Of a stretch of 64,000 nt of DNA, positions 1 through 9,158 are shown piece by piece. Numbering within the stretch: position 1 is the stretch's first letter; each line of letters opens with the position of its first letter. The notes beneath the pieces are model-generated. The model was given only the letters and a program-made list of their open reading frames with translations, was not told the origin of the DNA and did no database searches. Location: the NCBI GenBank assembly GCA_902518155.1, contig CABYFA010000001.1:7942-71941 (forward strand), given 5' to 3'. A program made the translations under genes and the position numbers. This DNA comes from an uncultured Pelagibacteraceae bacterium. Lineage in GTDB: Bacteria > Pseudomonadota > Alphaproteobacteria > Pelagibacterales > Pelagibacteraceae.

Positions 1-392
1 GTATTACCAAAACCTTTCAAGCCCACGATTTCTAACCATTCATCAACTTTTTTTTGAGTTTCAATTGGATCTTTTTTTTTCATTCTTAATCCAAAGTTGA
101 CATTCTCAGCAACTGTTAACCATTCAAACAAAGCACCTTGTTGGAAAACCATACCTCGCTCTACCCCAGGTCCATCAATCTCTTTACTATTTAAAGTAAT
201 ACTTCCTGAAGTTGGTCGAATAAATCCTGCGGTAATATTTAATAAAGTTGTTTTTCCACAACCTGATGGTCCAAGAACTGTTAACAGTTCTCCTTTTTTA
301 AGAGTAAAATTTAAATCTTTTAGAGCGTGAACAGTTTCTCCTTTTGGAGTTTTAAAAATCATATTAAGATTTTGAGAAACTAGATCACTCAT
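1..392 (-). CDS. tauB: ABC transporter ATP-binding protein, TauB/SsuB-like (runs off the left edge)
   Basis: Hand translation from ATG at 392: MSDLVSQNLNMIFKTPKGETVHALKDLNFTLKKGELLTVLGPSGCGKTTLL... with Walker A and MVFQQGALFEWLTVAENV; directly downstream of the tauA-like SBP. Confidence 0.85.
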   Translation of the reverse strand, partial: MSDLVSQNLNMIFKTPKGETVHALKDLNFTLKKGELLTVLGPSGCGKTTLLNITAGFIRPTSGSITLNSKEIDGPGVERGMVFQQGALFEWLTVAENVNFGLRMKKKDPIETQKKVDEWLEIVGLKGFGN

Positions 393-420
393 TTGTTCAC
401 TTTATATTAGAATTTATAGT

Positions 421-460
421 AAAAAAATAGGCACCAATTTAATAAAAAATTGGCGCCTAT
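421..460 (-). terminator. Intercistronic terminator-like hairpin after the SBP gene
   Basis: Minus strand ATAGGCGCCAATTT-ttatt-AAATTGGTGCCTAT (14 bp, one G-U) followed by a T tract. Confidence 0.8.
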
Positions 461-482
461 TAGAATTTTAATTACCTTTAGA

Positions 483-1424
483 TTATAAAGGTAAGAAACT
501 TGTATCTACGTTTCCTCTTGGTGTTCCCATTCCTTTTAGGAATGCATCAAGATTTCCACTTTCCATAGAACTTTTTGTTTCCTCTGGAGTTAGAAATTTG
601 AAACCACTTAAAGTTTCTTTCATGTCAGGAATTTTCATTTCTGATGCTTTTGACATTGCATTCATATCGCTTTTGCCAGCTCTATATCTTGCATTTGCTT
701 CATGAGTTACTTCAATGAAAGTTCTTAACATTCCTGGGTTTTCCTTCATAAACTTTGTAGTTACAGAAGTAATATCAATCCCTAGGATACCTGCATCTCT
801 AGCTTCTTGAACTGTTAGTAATCTAGATCCAACTGCAGTAGCAGCTTTAATAGAATTACCTCCAAATAAACATGCCATTACAACATCACCGCTTACTAAA
901 GCAGCAGCACCTTCTTCAGGGTCCATTTGTATGATATCCATTTTTTTTCTATCCGCTCCAACAACTTTCATACTCTCATCAAAAACATATTCCGCCATCG
1001 TTCCAAGTGGAACAGCAACTTTTTTACCTTCTAATTCAGTTGCGTTGGCTTTTGTAATTCCAGATGCATTAGATGTAACACAAGTTGTTCCGCCCATTCC
1101 GTATTCCATAGCAATATCAACTAATTTGATAGGTGCTTTAGATTTTACAGCGTTAATAAATGGAACTAGACCTTGAGAATAAGAAATATCAATATCTCCT
1201 GCTAACATCGCATCAGTCATAGCACCACCATTAGTAAAGTTAGTCCACTTTACCGGAACCCCTAGAGCTTTTGCGAAGTTTTTCTTCATCATGTCCTCTA
1301 GATTTGGACTTGGCCACTCCAAGAAGTAAGCAACTCTAACTTCATTTGCTGCTGAATTAGCAACAGATATTGAAAGATTAAGAGCTACAAAACATCCAAG
1401 AATAAAACTTATTATTTTTTTCAT
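483..1424 (-). CDS. tauA: Taurine/sulfonate-type ABC substrate-binding protein
   Basis: N-terminal signal peptide; VAYFLEWPSPN, GDIDISYSQG and GKKVAVPLGT motifs of the TauA/SsuA fold; context with ATPase, aminotransferase and ald. Confidence 0.8.
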   Translation of the reverse strand: MKKIISFILGCFVALNLSISVANSAANEVRVAYFLEWPSPNLEDMMKKNFAKALGVPVKWTNFTNGGAMTDAMLAGDIDISYSQGLVPFINAVKSKAPIKLVDIAMEYGMGGTTCVTSNASGITKANATELEGKKVAVPLGTMAEYVFDESMKVVGADRKKMDIIQMDPEEGAAALVSGDVVMACLFGGNSIKAATAVGSRLLTVQEARDAGILGIDITSVTTKFMKENPGMLRTFIEVTHEANARYRAGKSDMNAMSKASEMKIPDMKETLSGFKFLTPEETKSSMESGNLDAFLKGMGTPRGNVDTSFLPL

Positions 1425-1509
1425 TTATGCCTCTTCCTTGTTTATTTATATGTTTCAATTTTAAGATTAATTTGACCTATATGTAAAACAAAAAAATGAT
1501 CATTATCGT

Positions 1510-1528
1510 TACACAACTTTGAGTTGTG
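1510..1528. promoter_or_regulatory. Palindromic candidate operator in the divergent tauA/aminotransferase promoter
   Basis: CACAACT-TTG-AGTTGTG, perfect 7-bp inverted repeat at 1512-1528. Confidence 0.5.
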
Positions 1529-1599
1529 ACATTATTTTGGTGGTTAATTTAAGTTAATTAGTCTAAGGATTCATTTATTAAGTATTTTAAAATTTAATT

Positions 1600-2946
1600 A
1601 TGAGCTCAGAAAAAAGAACTTCAGTCCCTAATTCACTTAATGAACATTGGATGCCATTTACATCTAATAAGGATTTTAAAGAAAATCCAAAATTAATTGT
1701 TGAGGCAAAAGGTGTTTATTTAAAAAATCATCATGGCAAAACACAAATTGATGCAAGTTCAGGATTATTTTGTAATCCTTTAGGACATGGAAGAAAAGAA
1801 ATCATCGAGGCAATTACAAATCAATTAAATACTCTCGATTATTGTCAACCGTTTCAACAAGGTTTTGGTGGTTCATTTGAATTAGCAACAAGAATTTCAA
1901 AACACACACCCGGAAACTTAAATAAAATTTTTTATACGATATGTGGATCAACTGCAGTAGAAACTGCAATTAAGATTAGTATCGCTTACCATAAAGCAAG
2001 AGGTGAAGGTCAAAGATTTAGATTTGTTGGAAGAGAACGTGCTTATCATGGAATGAATATCGGAGCCACATCAGTCGGTGGTATGATCAATAACGTGAAA
2101 GCGTATGCAAGTGTATTGATGCCAGGTGTCGTTCATATGAGACATACACATTTAGATGAACATAAATTTATTTCAGGTCAGCCTGAAACAGGAGCCGAGA
2201 TCGCAAATGATCTAGAGAGAATTTGTACTAATTTTGGCTCTGAAAACATCGCAGCTTGTATTGTCGAACCTATCGCTGGTTCAACAGGAACATTGGTGCC
2301 ACCAGTTGGATACTTACAAAGATTAAGAGAACTTTGTGACAAACATAAAATACTTTTAATTTTTGATGAAGTTATTACGGGTTGGGGAAGAACTGGTTCA
2401 GCTTTTGGAGCTCAAGAATTTGGTGTAACACCTGACATAATGACAATGGCAAAAGCAACAACCAATGGAATAGTTCCTTTTGGTGTAGTTGCATGTAAAG
2501 AAGAAATTTATGATGCAGTGATGGATAATTCTCCAAAAGGTGCAATAGAATTATTTCATGGTTATACATACTCAGGAATTCCAGTTTCAGTAGCTGCAGC
2601 ATTAGCCGTTCAAGATATTTTTGAAAAAGAAGATATTTTTAATAGAGCAAAAGAACTTGCTCCTTATTTTCAAGAAGGTCTATTTTCCCTTAAAGATATT
2701 GATGTAGTAGATAACATAAGAGGTTATGGAATGATGGGTGGAATAGATATTAAAACTGATGGCAGACCTGGTAAAGCAGGTTTAGCTACTTTCAAACATT
2801 GTTACGATGCAGGAGTAAATTTCAAAGCGACTGGTGATTGTTTAATTATTGCACCAATGTTTATTTGTGAAAAAAAACACATTGATGAAATCATAGAAAA
2901 ACTAAGAACTGGAATTACTAATTACGCAAAGAGTAAAAAGAATTAA
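1600..2946 (+). CDS. Class III PLP aminotransferase, omega-amino acid (beta-alanine/taurine):pyruvate transaminase
   Basis: WMPFT..K.FK.NP N-terminus, IVEPIAGSTG, LIFDEVITGWGRTG, DIMTMAK (PLP lysine), HGYTYSG. Confidence 0.85.
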   Translation: MSSEKRTSVPNSLNEHWMPFTSNKDFKENPKLIVEAKGVYLKNHHGKTQIDASSGLFCNPLGHGRKEIIEAITNQLNTLDYCQPFQQGFGGSFELATRISKHTPGNLNKIFYTICGSTAVETAIKISIAYHKARGEGQRFRFVGRERAYHGMNIGATSVGGMINNVKAYASVLMPGVVHMRHTHLDEHKFISGQPETGAEIANDLERICTNFGSENIAACIVEPIAGSTGTLVPPVGYLQRLRELCDKHKILLIFDEVITGWGRTGSAFGAQEFGVTPDIMTMAKATTNGIVPFGVVACKEEIYDAVMDNSPKGAIELFHGYTYSGIPVSVAAALAVQDIFEKEDIFNRAKELAPYFQEGLFSLKDIDVVDNIRGYGMMGGIDIKTDGRPGKAGLATFKHCYDAGVNFKATGDCLIIAPMFICEKKHIDEIIEKLRTGITNYAKSKKN

Positions 2947-2955
2947 ATTTCGTTA

Positions 2956-4074
2956 ATGAGAATTGGCGTACCTAAAGAAATAAAACCTCAAGAAAATAGA
3001 ATTGGCCTGACACCAGATAGTGTGAAAACTCTCGTTTCAGAGGGTCATGAAGTTTTAGTTGAAAATAATGGAGGTTTTGAAGCAGGTTTCGATAACGATC
3101 AGTACAAAAATGCTGGGGCAAAAATTATAGAAAAAGCTGCTGATATTTTTAATGATGCTGAGATAATTGTTAAAGTTAAAGAGCCTCAAAAAGTTGAGGT
3201 TGAAATGATTAGGGAAAATCAAATTGTTTATACCTATTTACATTTGGCTGCTGCAAAAGAATTAACTGAGGGTTTGGTAAAATCAAAAAGTATTAATATT
3301 GCTTACGAAACTATTACGGATGACAATGGACGACTTCCTTTGTTAGCACCTATGAGTGCTGTAGCTGGACGAATGTCAGTTCAAGCAGGAGCACATTGTT
3401 TAGAAAAAAATCAAAAAGGCAGGGGAGTTTTATTAGGAGGAGCTCCTGGCGGTGAGCCTGCAAATGTTTTAATTTTAGGTGGAGGAGTTGTTGGAGAAAA
3501 TGCTGCAACAATAGCAACTGGTATGAAGGCAAAAGTTCATGTTGTTGATAAATCAGAAGCAAGATTAAAACAATTGGTTGATATGTTTGGAGATAAAATT
3601 ATTCCAGAACAAAGTGATAAAATAGACTTAAAAAAGTTAGTGGCCGAAGCAGATTTAATTGTGGGTGGAGTTTTAATTCCTGGCGCAGAGGCACCAAAGT
3701 TGGTTACCAAAGATATGCTTAAGTTAATGAAAAGAGGTTCTGTAATTGTTGATGTTGCAATCGATCAAGGTGGGTGTGTAGAAACAAGTAAACCTACAAC
3801 TTTTAATGATCCAACTTTTATAGTAGATAATGTCGTCCATTATTGTGTAGCTAATATGCCAGGTGGAGTTCCAAGAACTTCCACTATTGCATTAAATAAA
3901 GCAACACTTCCATATTTAGTTAAATTAGCTAACGAAGGTTATCAAAAAGCTCTTGGAGAAGACAAAAACTTTCTAGCGGGACTAAATGTTTACAAGGGTC
4001 ATGTGACTTATAAAGCTGTTGCAGATGTTTTTGGACATGAATATGTTAATCCAGGAGATGCAATCAATAACTAA
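2956..4074 (+). CDS. ald: Alanine dehydrogenase
   Basis: MRIGVPKEIK, KVKEP, YTYLHLAA, PLLAPMSAVAGR, VDVAIDQGGC, HYCVANMPG motifs. Confidence 0.97.
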   Translation: MRIGVPKEIKPQENRIGLTPDSVKTLVSEGHEVLVENNGGFEAGFDNDQYKNAGAKIIEKAADIFNDAEIIVKVKEPQKVEVEMIRENQIVYTYLHLAAAKELTEGLVKSKSINIAYETITDDNGRLPLLAPMSAVAGRMSVQAGAHCLEKNQKGRGVLLGGAPGGEPANVLILGGGVVGENAATIATGMKAKVHVVDKSEARLKQLVDMFGDKIIPEQSDKIDLKKLVAEADLIVGGVLIPGAEAPKLVTKDMLKLMKRGSVIVDVAIDQGGCVETSKPTTFNDPTFIVDNVVHYCVANMPGGVPRTSTIALNKATLPYLVKLANEGYQKALGEDKNFLAGLNVYKGHVTYKAVADVFGHEYVNPGDAINN

Positions 4075-4078
4075 TTAG

Positions 4079-6523
4079 ATGGAAAAAAAACTTCCAAGTA
4101 GCACAAAAGTTGTTGTGATAGGAGGTGGGGTAGTAGGTTGCTCTGTTGCTTATCATTTAGCTAAATTTGGTTGGAAAGACACAATCCTTTTGGAAAGAGA
4201 TCAATTAACCTCAGGAACAACTTGGCATGCAGCAGGTTTAGTAAGTCAATTAGGTCCAACTGCAGCAGTTACAAAAATTAGAAAATATACTTTAGATTTA
4301 TATAAAGAGCTTGAAAAAAAAGTTGATCATTCTGCAGGGTTAAGATTAAACGGAGCCCTTTCAATCGCTCAACATAAAGGCAGATGGCAAGAACTTCAAA
4401 GACAAGCAACGACCGCACAACTTTATGATGTTGATGTAAGAATTTTAGATAAAGATCAAATTAAAAAAGACTACCCCATAATCAATACCGATGATGTCAT
4501 AGGAGGAATTTTAATGCCAGGCGATGGTGCTGCTGATCCTTCAGGTGTCACCCATATGTTGGCTAAAGCAGCAAGAATGGAAGGTGCACAAATTTTTGAA
4601 AAGTCACCAGTTGAGGAAATTTTAACGAAAGATGGAAAAATTTCTGGAGTTAAAGTTAAAGGTCAAAAAATTGAATGTGAATATATCGTTTTAGCCTCAG
4701 GTATGTGGTCAAGGCAAATAGGAGAAAAAGCTGGTGTCAGTATCCCATTATACCCAGCAGAACATTTCTATATTATTACTGAACCAATTGAAAATTTATC
4801 TAAAACCTTACCAGTGGTAAGAGATTTTGATAATCGAACTTATATAAAAGAAGATGCAGGAAAAATACTTGTTGGAATTTTTGAAGGAAATTCAATTCCT
4901 GCTTGGAATAAAACTAATAAAGTTCCAGAAGATTTTTCTTTTGGTGAGTTTCAAGAAAATTTTGAGCATTTTGAACCTTATTTAGCTTCAGCAATTAAAA
5001 GATTTCCAATTTTAGAAACTGCTGGAATAAGAAAATTTTTTTCAGGCCCGGAGTCTTTTACTCCTGATACCAACACTTTATTAGGAGAAGTGCCTGAGGT
5101 TAAAAATTTTTTTGTATGTTGTGGGTTAAATAGTATTGGAATTGGCAGTGGTGGTGGTGTTGGCAAGGTTACAGCGGAGTGGTTGATGACTGGTCATATT
5201 AATGAGGATATTTTTAGTTATGACATAAAAAGATTTCAAAAGTTTCATTCTGAACTAGGTTTTATCAAAAAAAGAATTACAGAGTCATTAGGAGATTTGT
5301 ATGGAATGCATTGGCCCTTTAAACAACACAAAACTTCTCGAGATATAAAAAAACTTCCACATCATGATAATTTAAAAAGCTTTGGAGCCTGTTTTGGTGT
5401 CTCAGGTGGATATGAAAGACCCATGTGGTTTGCATTAGATGGTGAAAAGGCGGAATATGAATATAGTTATAATTATCAAAGTTGGTATCCCTCAGCTGAG
5501 TATGAAACAAATAATACACTTAAAAATGTTGGGTTATTTGATCTAACTCCTTTTTCAAAATTTGAAATCAAATCTGATAAAGCCCATCAAGAGTTACAAA
5601 GAATTTGTACTGCAAATATTAAAAAAGATGTTGGTAAATGTACCTATACTCATATGTTAAATTCAGATGGAGGTATTGAGACTGATTTAACTATAGTGGC
5701 TATTGATGAAAACCATTTTAGAATAATTAGTTCTGCCGCAACAAGAGAAAGAGACAAGCATCACATTAAAAAACATTTAAATAAAGATATTGAATTAATA
5801 GACGTAACTGATGACTATTGTGTTTTTGGTCTATTTGGGCCAAAGAGTAGAAGTCTTATAAGTTCATTAAGTAAAGATAGTTTTGATAATGAAAATTTCA
5901 AATTTGGAACTGCAAAATTTATTTCGCTCGATGATACTAAAATTTGGACACAGAGATTGTCTTATATTGGTGAATTAGGTTATGAGCTTTACGTTGAAGC
6001 TAAAGATGCCAAAAAAATTTATGAATTAATTATAGAAAAAGGAAAAGATTATAATCTTTCAAATTGTGGGATGCATGCAATGGATATTATGCGAATGGAA
6101 AGTGGCTTTCTTCATTGGGGTCATGATATTTCACCTGAGGAAAATCAATATCAAGCAGGTTTATCATTTACAATCAGTAATAAAAAGAATGTAGACTTTA
6201 TTGGTAAGTCAGCTCTTCAAAAGATTGATAAAGAAAAGATTAAGACAAGATTTGCTATGTTTACATTAAAAGATAGTAAACCTGGAGAACCTTTATTACT
6301 TCATGATGAGCCTATTTATTTAGAAGATAAAATAATAGGCAGATCAACTTCAGGAAATTATTCTTTTAACTTTAAGAAAAACCTGACTTTTGGTTATATC
6401 AATAACGATTTTTCTGATGAAAAATTAAAAGGTAGTAAATTATTTATCGAGGTTGAGAAAAAGAAATATGAAATTGAACTGATTAATAAACCATTAAAAA
6501 AAACTAATTTTAAGAGTAATTAA
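4079..6523 (+). CDS. FAD-dependent dimethylglycine/sarcosine dehydrogenase-like protein (DAO + GcvT domains)
   Basis: VVVIGGGVVG Rossmann motif, LTSGTTWHAAG, GPESFTPD, GYERP, C-terminal GcvT part (SYIGELGYEL, RMESGFLHWGHDI); 814 aa. Confidence 0.85.
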   Translation: MEKKLPSSTKVVVIGGGVVGCSVAYHLAKFGWKDTILLERDQLTSGTTWHAAGLVSQLGPTAAVTKIRKYTLDLYKELEKKVDHSAGLRLNGALSIAQHKGRWQELQRQATTAQLYDVDVRILDKDQIKKDYPIINTDDVIGGILMPGDGAADPSGVTHMLAKAARMEGAQIFEKSPVEEILTKDGKISGVKVKGQKIECEYIVLASGMWSRQIGEKAGVSIPLYPAEHFYIITEPIENLSKTLPVVRDFDNRTYIKEDAGKILVGIFEGNSIPAWNKTNKVPEDFSFGEFQENFEHFEPYLASAIKRFPILETAGIRKFFSGPESFTPDTNTLLGEVPEVKNFFVCCGLNSIGIGSGGGVGKVTAEWLMTGHINEDIFSYDIKRFQKFHSELGFIKKRITESLGDLYGMHWPFKQHKTSRDIKKLPHHDNLKSFGACFGVSGGYERPMWFALDGEKAEYEYSYNYQSWYPSAEYETNNTLKNVGLFDLTPFSKFEIKSDKAHQELQRICTANIKKDVGKCTYTHMLNSDGGIETDLTIVAIDENHFRIISSAATRERDKHHIKKHLNKDIELIDVTDDYCVFGLFGPKSRSLISSLSKDSFDNENFKFGTAKFISLDDTKIWTQRLSYIGELGYELYVEAKDAKKIYELIIEKGKDYNLSNCGMHAMDIMRMESGFLHWGHDISPEENQYQAGLSFTISNKKNVDFIGKSALQKIDKEKIKTRFAMFTLKDSKPGEPLLLHDEPIYLEDKIIGRSTSGNYSFNFKKNLTFGYINNDFSDEKLKGSKLFIEVEKKKYEIELINKPLKKTNFKSN

Positions 6524-7461
6524 TTTTTATCTCTTAATATATATATAAATATAAATCCAGTTATATACATTATAAGAGCATAGGCAGCTGTTGGAACAAT
6601 GTAGGCTACTTTATCAAAGATTTGAGTAGCAACAAATACTGCTAAAGTTCCATTTTGTAACCCGCATTCCAAGGCAATACATTTCTTTTGTGGGTTTCCA
6701 GAGGCAAAAAATTTAGCAATATAGAATGCCAAAATCATCATTACGATATTTAATATTAGAACAGCGATACCAGCCTGAGCTAAATAATTGAAGATATTTT
6801 CTCTTTCTTCAATCCATACAGCAGCAAAAACAATTATGAATAAAAATCCTGTAATTTTATCAACTATTTTTAATTTTGTTGAAAAGAAATTTTTGTCAAA
6901 AAATCTTAAAATCATTCCTATTAAGAAAGGAACAATTAGTGGAGTAAGAATTGCAATAAGAATTATTTTTAAAGTAGGTTTTGTAGATGTGTAATACCTT
7001 ATAAATAAACCTAAAATTACTGGCAAAGTTACTACTAATGCCATCTTAAGTGCAATACCCGTCATTGTAATTTCTTTAGATATTTGAGTAACGCCTATTA
7101 AATCTGCAGATGTAAAAATAATAAATGGTACAGAAATTATACTAATTAAACTTCCAACTGCGGTAAGAGATATTGACAATGCAACATCTCCATTTGCAAA
7201 TTTTGTTAAAACATTTGAGGTAACCCCTCCAGGTGCTGCAGCTATAATCATTAAACCTAAAGCTATTTCAATCGGTAATCTTAAAATTAAAACAATTATA
7301 TAAGCAACAATTGGTAATAAAATTAATTGGCAAATGATACCAACTGAAAAATCTTTTGGAGTTGTAATGACTCTTTTGAAATCTTGGATTGTAAGTCCTA
7401 GTCCAAGACCTAACATGATCAATGCTAACGCGATTGGCGCAATATTGGTGACTATCTCCAT
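6520..7461 (-). CDS. Bile acid:sodium symporter (BASS) family transporter
   Basis: IMLGLGLGLT, AAPGGVTSN, GDVALSISLT and ECGLQNG motifs; very hydrophobic. Confidence 0.9.
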   Translation of the reverse strand: MEIVTNIAPIALALIMLGLGLGLTIQDFKRVITTPKDFSVGIICQLILLPIVAYIIVLILRLPIEIALGLMIIAAAPGGVTSNVLTKFANGDVALSISLTAVGSLISIISVPFIIFTSADLIGVTQISKEITMTGIALKMALVVTLPVILGLFIRYYTSTKPTLKIILIAILTPLIVPFLIGMILRFFDKNFFSTKLKIVDKITGFLFIIVFAAVWIEERENIFNYLAQAGIAVLILNIVMMILAFYIAKFFASGNPQKKCIALECGLQNGTLAVFVATQIFDKVAYIVPTAAYALIMYITGFIFIYILRDKN

Positions 7462-7503
7462 GACCCCTCTGTGTAATAGTACAGTTTTTAATTTATTTAA
7501 GAT

Positions 7504-8484
7504 TTATGAAATTACAAGAAGATTTAGAACTTTTCGTATAAATTTAGCTTTAAACCTAAAAGCTTCAGCTTGATAAGGTAAAATTTTCTTAAAATTGAAT
7601 GAGGATAAAGTATATTGTTTTTTTTCATTAAGTTTTATCAAATCATTTTTTATTAAGTATTTGCATTTTCTTATTACTGTTGCTCTTGGAATTAAAGTCA
7701 TATCAGAAATTGACATTGCACTAATACCCGAGGTTGAGCCAAGATTATCAATTAGTATTTTACTTGTAGCACTATAATCTAATGGTAATTTTTTTGTCTC
7801 TGAATTTTTTAAATTTTTTGTTACATTCAATGATTGGTTCATACAAATAGTTCCCCAAACATGAAATGTGCTCAGGTCTTGCATGAATTTGTGATACCCA
7901 ATTATTAATGGTATTTGCATTCGATAAAACCACCGCCAACATAATGTAAATTTTTTTTTAATTAAATTTTCTATTGTCTTCACATCAATTCTTTTTGAAA
8001 AAAGCTTTTCTCTGTTTAAAGCTTCAGCTACTATTAAGATATATTTTGATGAAAGTTTGATTTGATTCTGTGGTTTAACAAAAGCAAAAGCTTTACCATC
8101 TATAACAATTTTTTTTTTATCTCTTTTAATTACACCTTCTTTTTCAAGTTCTAAAACTTTTCTTCTTATCGTTTCTTTTGGTAAATCTAATTTTTCACAT
8201 AGTTCGGTGATACTAAATTTTTCTATTTGAACATATGATTTAGAATAATATTCCTCATACGATTGTTGAACATTCATTTGATCATAAAATTGGAGTGTTT
8301 TTTCTATTAATGAAATTATAATCATATATTTGTAATGATCATTGAACGCCCAGTAGACATTGTTCATCCAATTCCACTGATGTGATATCCACTCATTAGC
8401 TAAGTCAGAGTAGTTATTCATTATACTCTCATAAACCTGATCGTCGCTTAAGGTTTTACTGAAATCGATTTGTTCTAAACTCAT
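7504..8484 (-). CDS. Tandem winged-helix DNA-binding protein (two wHTH modules); likely start MSLEQ at 8484, ORF-track start 8523
   Basis: HTH-like segments SITELCEKLDLPKETIRRKVLELEKEGVI and SAMSISDMTLIPRATVIRKCKYLIKNDLI in an internally repeated protein. Confidence 0.7.
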   Translation of the reverse strand: MSLEQIDFSKTLSDDQVYESIMNNYSDLANEWISHQWNWMNNVYWAFNDHYKYMIIISLIEKTLQFYDQMNVQQSYEEYYSKSYVQIEKFSITELCEKLDLPKETIRRKVLELEKEGVIKRDKKKIVIDGKAFAFVKPQNQIKLSSKYILIVAEALNREKLFSKRIDVKTIENLIKKKFTLCWRWFYRMQIPLIIGYHKFMQDLSTFHVWGTICMNQSLNVTKNLKNSETKKLPLDYSATSKILIDNLGSTSGISAMSISDMTLIPRATVIRKCKYLIKNDLIKLNEKKQYTLSSFNFKKILPYQAEAFRFKAKFIRKVLNLLVIS

Positions 8485-8504
8485 AAATTTGAATTTGAGA
8501 ATAT

Positions 8505-8551
8505 TGACCCAAATTGAACACATGTCAATCTAATTGTGACCCAAATTGAAC
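8505..8551. repeat. Exact 15-bp direct repeat TGACCCAAATTGAAC x2 (8505-8519, 8537-8551), 32-bp period; candidate operator
   Basis: Read directly from sequence; lies in the divergent promoter of the wHTH gene. Confidence 0.75.
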
Positions 8552-8596
8552 TTCAGGAAAATTGTTTGACAGATATTTTAATGTACTAATTCTCCA

Positions 8597-8818
8597 ATGA
8601 ACAATAAAGGCTTTGCAGAGACACATACTAGCATCGAGACCCCAAATGATTTTGGTGTTGCTGAAAAGCCTTTAAAAACATTAAAGAAGAGAGTTGATAT
8701 AAATATTCTAAAATCAAAGCTAGAGGAAACAGAAGCGAAGGAAATCAAAAAAAATATTTTCATTTTATCGTTGCTGATAATTGGTGTGGGTGCCTTTGGA
8801 ATTTATCTTTCTTTCTAA
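8597..8818 (+). CDS. Small hypothetical protein with C-terminal membrane anchor
   Basis: 73 aa; RVDINILKSKLEE helix then hydrophobic tail IFILSLLIIGVGAFGIYLSF. Confidence 0.7.
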   Translation: MNNKGFAETHTSIETPNDFGVAEKPLKTLKKRVDINILKSKLEETEAKEIKKNIFILSLLIIGVGAFGIYLSF

Positions 8819-8858
8819 CAAATTTGCAAAAATCAATTTTACGTGATTAAATGATAGT

Positions 8859-9065
8859 ATGAAAAATTCAGGTATTAACGTCAAAGAAAAGCTTATAGCT
8901 AGATACCTTGAAAAAGATCCACCATCAACTCAATCAAAAAGTAGCAACATAAACGTTCTTCTTAATAGAATTGCAGTTAATAAAAAAAATGAAAATAGAA
9001 AAAAATTATATTTTTCAGCAGCTGCTTCAACAGGGTTGATTTTATTTGGTCTAATCATTTTCTAA
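8859..9065 (+). CDS. Small hypothetical protein with C-terminal membrane anchor (paralog-like)
   Basis: 68 aa; NINVLLNRI helix then hydrophobic tail LYFSAAASTGLILFGLIIF. Confidence 0.7.
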   Translation: MKNSGINVKEKLIARYLEKDPPSTQSKSSNINVLLNRIAVNKKNENRKKLYFSAAASTGLILFGLIIF

Positions 9066-9158
9066 GAAAATATTAGTTAATTTTCTCTAAATTTATAACT
9101 TTTACTTAATTAATAAATATTGAATCAAATTATTAAACTATTATAAATCTCATCAAAT

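Noticed and set aside
1544-1557. CtrA-like TTAA repeats in the tau promoter
   Set aside because: Spacing is N6, not N7, and TTAA is expected by chance in such AT-rich DNA
4074-4079. Glycine riboswitch ahead of the GcvT-domain gene
   Set aside because: Only 4 nt of intergenic space; no aptamer possible
8505-8551. Direct repeat as a CRISPR remnant
   Set aside because: Only two 15-bp copies with a 17-nt spacer and no cas genes; better explained as an operator
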